A stretch of DNA of 45,148 nucleotides, taken from NCBI GenBank assembly GCA_045566055.1, contig JBJLED010000018.1:1-45148 (forward strand), in the 5' to 3' direction. The notes beneath the pieces were generated by a model. That model saw only the letters and a list, made by a program, of their open reading frames with translations. It had not been told where the DNA came from and searched no databases. Positions 40,785 through 45,148 of the stretch are shown here, piece by piece. Position numbers and translations under genes: made by a program. The DNA is from Candidatus Pelagibacter sp. (GTDB taxonomy: Bacteria; Pseudomonadota; Alphaproteobacteria; Pelagibacterales; Pelagibacteraceae). Each line of letters starts with the position of its first letter. Position 1 is the first letter of the stretch.

Positions 40785-42335
40785 ATGTTAAATAGAGGAT
40801 TAGATAAACTAGAATTATTGAGAATAGTAGAAGCGGTTGCAAACGAAAAATCTATTGATAAGGAGCTTGTTATTGGCTCAATGGAAAGTGCAATTCAAAA
40901 AGCTGCTTTAACTAAGTTTGGGAATGATAATAATATTGAAGTTATTATTGATAGAGAAAGTGGTGATATCAAAATTCAAAAAGTTTTAGACATAGTTGAG
41001 ATAGTGGAAGATTCAGCCAGAGAAATAACACTAGACCAAGCTAAGAAAATTGATCCAAAAAATGATAATTTAAAGGTAGGTGAAAAAGTTTTTGAAGAAT
41101 TACCGCAAATAGATTTTGGTCGTATTGCCGCTCAAAGCGCTAAGCAGGTTATTAGTAGTAGAGTAAGAGAAGCAGAAAAAAATAGACAGTATGAGGACTT
41201 TATAGACAAGCAAGGGCAAATACTAAGCGGAATAATTAAAAGATTAGAATACGGAAACGTAATAGTGGATCTAGGTAAAGCTGAAGGTGTAATAAAAAAA
41301 GATGAATTAATACCAAGGGAAATTTTAAAAACTGGAGACAGGGTAAAAGCTTATTGCTATGAAGTAAGAAAAGAATTAAAAGGACATCAAATATTTTTAT
41401 CCAGAGCTCATCCACAATTTTTAGCTAGATTATTTTTTCAAGAAGTTCCCGAAATTTATGAAGGAACAATAGAAATTAAATCAGTCGCCAGAGATCCTGG
41501 CAGTAGAGCAAAAATTTGTGTTCACTCACAAGACTCTTCAATTGATCCAGTAGGTGCGTGTGTTGGAATGAGAGGAAGTAGAGTTCAAACAATTGTCAAT
41601 GAACTGCATGGTGAGAAGATTGATATCATTAAGTGGACAGAGGATCTTCCAACATTAATATCAGAGTCTTTATCACCAGCGGAAATCCAAAGAGTTCTTA
41701 TAGACCAAGATAATAAAAGGATAGATATTATTTTGAGTGAAGAAAATCTTAGCAAGGCAATTGGAAGAAGAGGTCAAAATGTAAGATTAGCCTCAAAACT
41801 AACAAACTATGAAATAGATATACTTACTGACAAAGAGGACTCTGAAAGAAGACAAACAGAATTTAAAGAAAGAACTGAAACTTTAATTAAGAATTTAGAA
41901 GTTGACGAAACTCTGGGTCAGCTTTTAGTATCAGAAGGTTTTACAAGCATAGAAGATATTTCACAAACTACACCGGATGAAATTGCTAAAATTGAAGCTA
42001 TTGATGAAGAAACAGCAAGTGAGTTGATTAACAGGTCTAAAGAAACATTAATTAAAGAAAAAGAAGCAGTTGCATTAAAACTTAAAGAATTAGGAGTTGA
42101 AGAAAAATTAATCAATCTTAAAGGAATGACTCAAGGTATGCTTGTGATACTGGGTCAAAAAAATATTAAAAAATTAAATGATTTTGCAGACCTATCCTCA
42201 GATGAATTAATTGGTGGTTTTGATGAAATCAAAGGAAAAAAAATTAGGATAGATGGATATCTAGAAGAATTTTCTTTATCAAGAAAAGAAGCTGATGAGT
42301 TAATAATGTCAGCTAGAGAAATTGCGTACAAGTAA
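40785..42335 (+). CDS. nusA: transcription factor NusA
   Basis: FGRIAAQ.AKQ, ARDPGSRAK, GACVGMRGSR, AIGRRGQNVRLA, acidic C-terminal repeats. Confidence 0.98.
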   Translation: MLNRGLDKLELLRIVEAVANEKSIDKELVIGSMESAIQKAALTKFGNDNNIEVIIDRESGDIKIQKVLDIVEIVEDSAREITLDQAKKIDPKNDNLKVGEKVFEELPQIDFGRIAAQSAKQVISSRVREAEKNRQYEDFIDKQGQILSGIIKRLEYGNVIVDLGKAEGVIKKDELIPREILKTGDRVKAYCYEVRKELKGHQIFLSRAHPQFLARLFFQEVPEIYEGTIEIKSVARDPGSRAKICVHSQDSSIDPVGACVGMRGSRVQTIVNELHGEKIDIIKWTEDLPTLISESLSPAEIQRVLIDQDNKRIDIILSEENLSKAIGRRGQNVRLASKLTNYEIDILTDKEDSERRQTEFKERTETLIKNLEVDETLGQLLVSEGFTSIEDISQTTPDEIAKIEAIDEETASELINRSKETLIKEKEAVALKLKELGVEEKLINLKGMTQGMLVILGQKNIKKLNDFADLSSDELIGGFDEIKGKKIRIDGYLEEFSLSRKEADELIMSAREIAYK

Positions 42336-42339
42336 TGTT

Positions 42340-44523
42340 ATGGAAAAAGACAATAAAAAAAAGACTCTTACAATTTCATCTGATTTAAAAAAGAAAATTG
42401 ATACATCTTCAATAAGCACTGACGGAAAAAAATCTTTTGCTGTAAAAAAAAAAGAGCCTTTTAGAGGAAATAAAAATAACAACAGACCGAATCAGAATTT
42501 TAATCCATCAAAAACCCAAGATCCCAAAAAGAAAAACTTTGCAAGAAAATTTGTTGAACAACAAGCAACGAAGGCCTTCATAAAAAAAGACGACAAGCCA
42601 ACAGGAAAAAGCAAACTAAAACTTAAAGGACCAATTGATAAAAGAGATTTTAAATTAACTGTTTCCAGAGCTTTAAATGTTGAGGAAATTGAAATTAAAC
42701 AAAGAAGTCTTGCCTCAGTAAAAAGAGCAAGATTAAAAGAAAAGAAGATAAATCCTGACGGTGAAAAAAAAGAATTCAAAAAAGTTTTAAGAGATGTGAA
42801 AATCCCAGAACAAATAACTATCCAAGAGCTATCTAATAGAATGGCTGAAAAATCTAATGATATAATCAAGTTTTTATTTAATATGAAAGTAGTAGCTACA
42901 ATTAACCACGTAATAGATAAAGATACCGCCGAATATATTGTTAAGGAATTTGGTCATTCACCAATCTTTGAAGATAAGCCAAATCTAGAAGCAGGTATTA
43001 AACAAGAAAAATTGAAAGGTGATATTAAAACAAGACCGCCTGTTGTAACTATTATGGGTCATGTCGACCATGGTAAAACTTCTTTATTAGATGCTTTGAG
43101 AGATACAGATGTTGTTTCAGGAGAACATGGAGGTATCACTCAGCATATTGGTGCTTATCAAGTGAAAACCAATAATAATAAATTAATTACTTTTATAGAC
43201 ACCCCGGGGCATGCAGCATTTACAGAAATGCGAGCTAGAGGTTCAAAGATAACGGATATAGTTATTCTAGTTGTTGCGGCAGATGATGGAATTAAACCTC
43301 AAACAATTGAAGCCATTAAACACGCGAAGGCAGCCAATGTTCCAATTATCGTAGCAATTAATAAATGTGATTTGCCAGAAAAAAATATAAGCAAAATCAA
43401 AAATGAAATGATGCAGTACGAACTAATAGCCGAGGACTTAAGTGGAGATACTTTATTTGTTGAGGTTTCCGCACTTAAAAAATTAAATTTAGATAAATTA
43501 AAAGAAAGTATTTTATTACAATCTGAAATACTCGATTTAAAAGCATCATTTTCTGATCAAGCCAGAGGAGTAGTTATTGAGTCGAAAATAGACAAAGGTA
43601 AAGGCCCCGTGTCCACAATTTTAGTAAGTAACGGTAAACTTAAAAAAGGAGACTATTTTATTTGTGGTGACACTTGGGGAAAAATTAGAGCAATGATAAG
43701 TTATGATGGAAAGACAATTAATGAGGCGCTCCCATCGATGCCAGTTGAAATTTTAGGAATGAATGACTCTGTATATGCAGGCGCAGGATTTTTAGTTACT
43801 AACGATGAAAATGAAGCAAAAAAAATGGCAGAATTTAAACAAATGAATTCTGAAAAAACTAAAGTATTAGTTAAAGACAAAACAGCACTATTTGAGGACA
43901 CTAAAAACAAGGACGAACTAAATATAATAATTAAGTCTGATGTTCAAGGTTCAAGTGAAGCATTAAAAATGGCAATAAATAAAATTAGCCATGATGAAGT
44001 TGAAGCAAAAATAATTCTTTCAGATATTGGAATGATTAATGAAACAGATGTTTCTTTGGCCAAGGCTTCTAATGCAATACTAATAGGATTTAATGTTAAA
44101 CCAAATAGAGAAGCAAAAAAATTAGCCGAGGAACAAAAAGTAGATATTAAGTACTTTAATATTATTTATGAAGCACTTGATCATGTCTCAAAAGCCTTAT
44201 CCGGTCTTCTAGAACCAGATATAAAAGAAACAGTTTTAGGAAGTGCTGAGATTCAAAAAGTATTTTCAGTTTCAAGTGCTGGAAAAATTGCAGGATCTAA
44301 AGTCATGAATGGAGAAATAAAAAGTAAATCTAAAGCTAGAATTATAAGAGATGGAGTCGTGGTCTACACGGGAGAAATAGTAACGATCTTTAGGGAAAAG
44401 AATCAAGTAAAAGAAGTTGGAACAGGTTTGGAATGCGGAATAAGCATTAAAGATTTTATAGACTTTAAGGAAAAAGATGTAATCGAGTCGTTTTTAGCAG
44501 AAGAAATACAAAGGACAATATAA
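42340..44523 (+). CDS. infB: translation initiation factor IF-2
   Basis: [17 protein letters not shown]; start at ATG 42340. Confidence 0.98.
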   Translation: MEKDNKKKTLTISSDLKKKIDTSSISTDGKKSFAVKKKEPFRGNKNNNRPNQNFNPSKTQDPKKKNFARKFVEQQATKAFIKKDDKPTGKSKLKLKGPIDKRDFKLTVSRALNVEEIEIKQRSLASVKRARLKEKKINPDGEKKEFKKVLRDVKIPEQITIQELSNRMAEKSNDIIKFLFNMKVVATINHVIDKDTAEYIVKEFGHSPIFEDKPNLEAGIKQEKLKGDIKTRPPVVTIMGHVDHGKTSLLDALRDTDVVSGEHGGITQHIGAYQVKTNNNKLITFIDTPGHAAFTEMRARGSKITDIVILVVAADDGIKPQTIEAIKHAKAANVPIIVAINKCDLPEKNISKIKNEMMQYELIAEDLSGDTLFVEVSALKKLNLDKLKESILLQSEILDLKASFSDQARGVVIESKIDKGKGPVSTILVSNGKLKKGDYFICGDTWGKIRAMISYDGKTINEALPSMPVEILGMNDSVYAGAGFLVTNDENEAKKMAEFKQMNSEKTKVLVKDKTALFEDTKNKDELNIIIKSDVQGSSEALKMAINKISHDEVEAKIILSDIGMINETDVSLAKASNAILIGFNVKPNREAKKLAEEQKVDIKYFNIIYEALDHVSKALSGLLEPDIKETVLGSAEIQKVFSVSSAGKIAGSKVMNGEIKSKSKARIIRDGVVVYTGEIVTIFREKNQVKEVGTGLECGISIKDFIDFKEKDVIESFLAEEIQRTI

Positions 44524-44921
44524 TGGGAAATCAATCATCACAAAGGCCATTTAGTCAGAGACAATTAAGAGTTGGCGAATTAGTAAAACAAAATTTAGGT
44601 GAATTGTTGATTAGAAATGAAGCTAAAATACCGTCTGTAAACTCTAAATTGATTACAGTAACTGAAGTTAGAATGACGCCTGATCTAAAAACAGCCAGGG
44701 TATATGTTATTCCCTTGGGAGGTGCAGAAACCAAGGAAACAGTTAGGATCTTGACGGAATACTCACATCTTGTTAGAAAAGCCCTGTCTAAAAGGCTAGA
44801 TATTAAGTTTCTTCCTAAACTCACTTTTATAGAAGATAACTCATTTGAATATGCTGAAAAGATCGAAAAAATAATTAAGAAAATTAAGAAAAATGATAAA
44901 GAAAAAAAACGTTACAATTAA
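44523..44921 (+). CDS. rbfA: ribosome-binding factor A
   Basis: SQRQLRVGE, VTEVRMTPDLK.A, PKLTF..D. Confidence 0.96.
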   Translation: MGNQSSQRPFSQRQLRVGELVKQNLGELLIRNEAKIPSVNSKLITVTEVRMTPDLKTARVYVIPLGGAETKETVRILTEYSHLVRKALSKRLDIKFLPKLTFIEDNSFEYAEKIEKIIKKIKKNDKEKKRYN

Positions 44922-45148
44922 ATCACTAGCCATTCATGAAAAAGATGTAGGCTCAACAGAAGTACAAATAGGATTGCTTACAGATAAAATAGCAAAATTA
45001 TCAGAGCATTTTAAAATTTTTAAAAAAGATAAACACTCAACTATAGGTTTGACTAAATCAGTAAATAAAAGAAAAAAGCTTCTTACATACCTTAAAAAGA
45101 AAAATGTTGAGTCCTATCAAAAGGTCATCAAACAATTAAATTTAAGGA
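44893..45148 (+). CDS. rpsO: 30S ribosomal protein S15 (3' end cut by the window; absent from the ORF track)
   Basis: MIKKKNVTIKSLAIHEKDVGSTEVQIGLLT...KKDKHS..GL...RKKLLTYL...LNLR. Confidence 0.94.
   Translation, partial: MIKKKNVTIKSLAIHEKDVGSTEVQIGLLTDKIAKLSEHFKIFKKDKHSTIGLTKSVNKRKKLLTYLKKKNVESYQKVIKQLNLR

Noticed and set aside
1032-44824. Many short antisense or nested ORFs in the track (e.g. 1032-1352, 7290-7694, 31157-31519, 36691-37233, 42492-42869)
   Set aside because: They lie opposite well-supported genes and have no recognisable motifs; typical shadow ORFs.

Overview
A very AT-rich, densely packed bacterial chromosome segment of core genes. Gene content, gene order and minimal spacers point to a streamlined alphaproteobacterium, most likely SAR11 / Ca. 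Pelagibacter (inferred, not searched). Gene order: ftsK, ubiH-like, mnmE-mnmG-rsmG(split)-parA-parB, holA-lptE-leuS-lipoprotein, porin, thiE-like, yggS, L,D-transpeptidase, CenR-like regulator, arfA-like, PfkB kinase, nth, dapB, small membrane ORF, dnaJ-dnaK-grpE, rdgB, LpoA-like, rsmI, BON protein, maeB, murJ-trpS-nfuA-glucosaminidase, polysaccharide deacetylase, tsaB-fur-miaB-phoH-ybeY-lnt-metK, nusA-infB-rbfA-rpsO (cut by the window edge). I found no mobile element, CRISPR array, tRNA or rRNA, and no clearly new multi-gene system. The most interesting signals are small. (1) A 35-aa ArfA-like ORF missed by the ORF track is coupled to a CenR-like regulator with a degenerate receiver domain. 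(2) rsmG is split by a +1 frameshift at GTT-TAA-C, between two parS-like palindromes. (3) Several divergent gene pairs have touching or overlapping starts, and one pair shares an ATGCAT palindrome. (4) An unannotated 56-aa two-helix membrane ORF sits between dnaJ and dapB. (5) A perfect 9-1-9 palindrome precedes the porin. (6) A terminator hairpin lies in the nusA leader.
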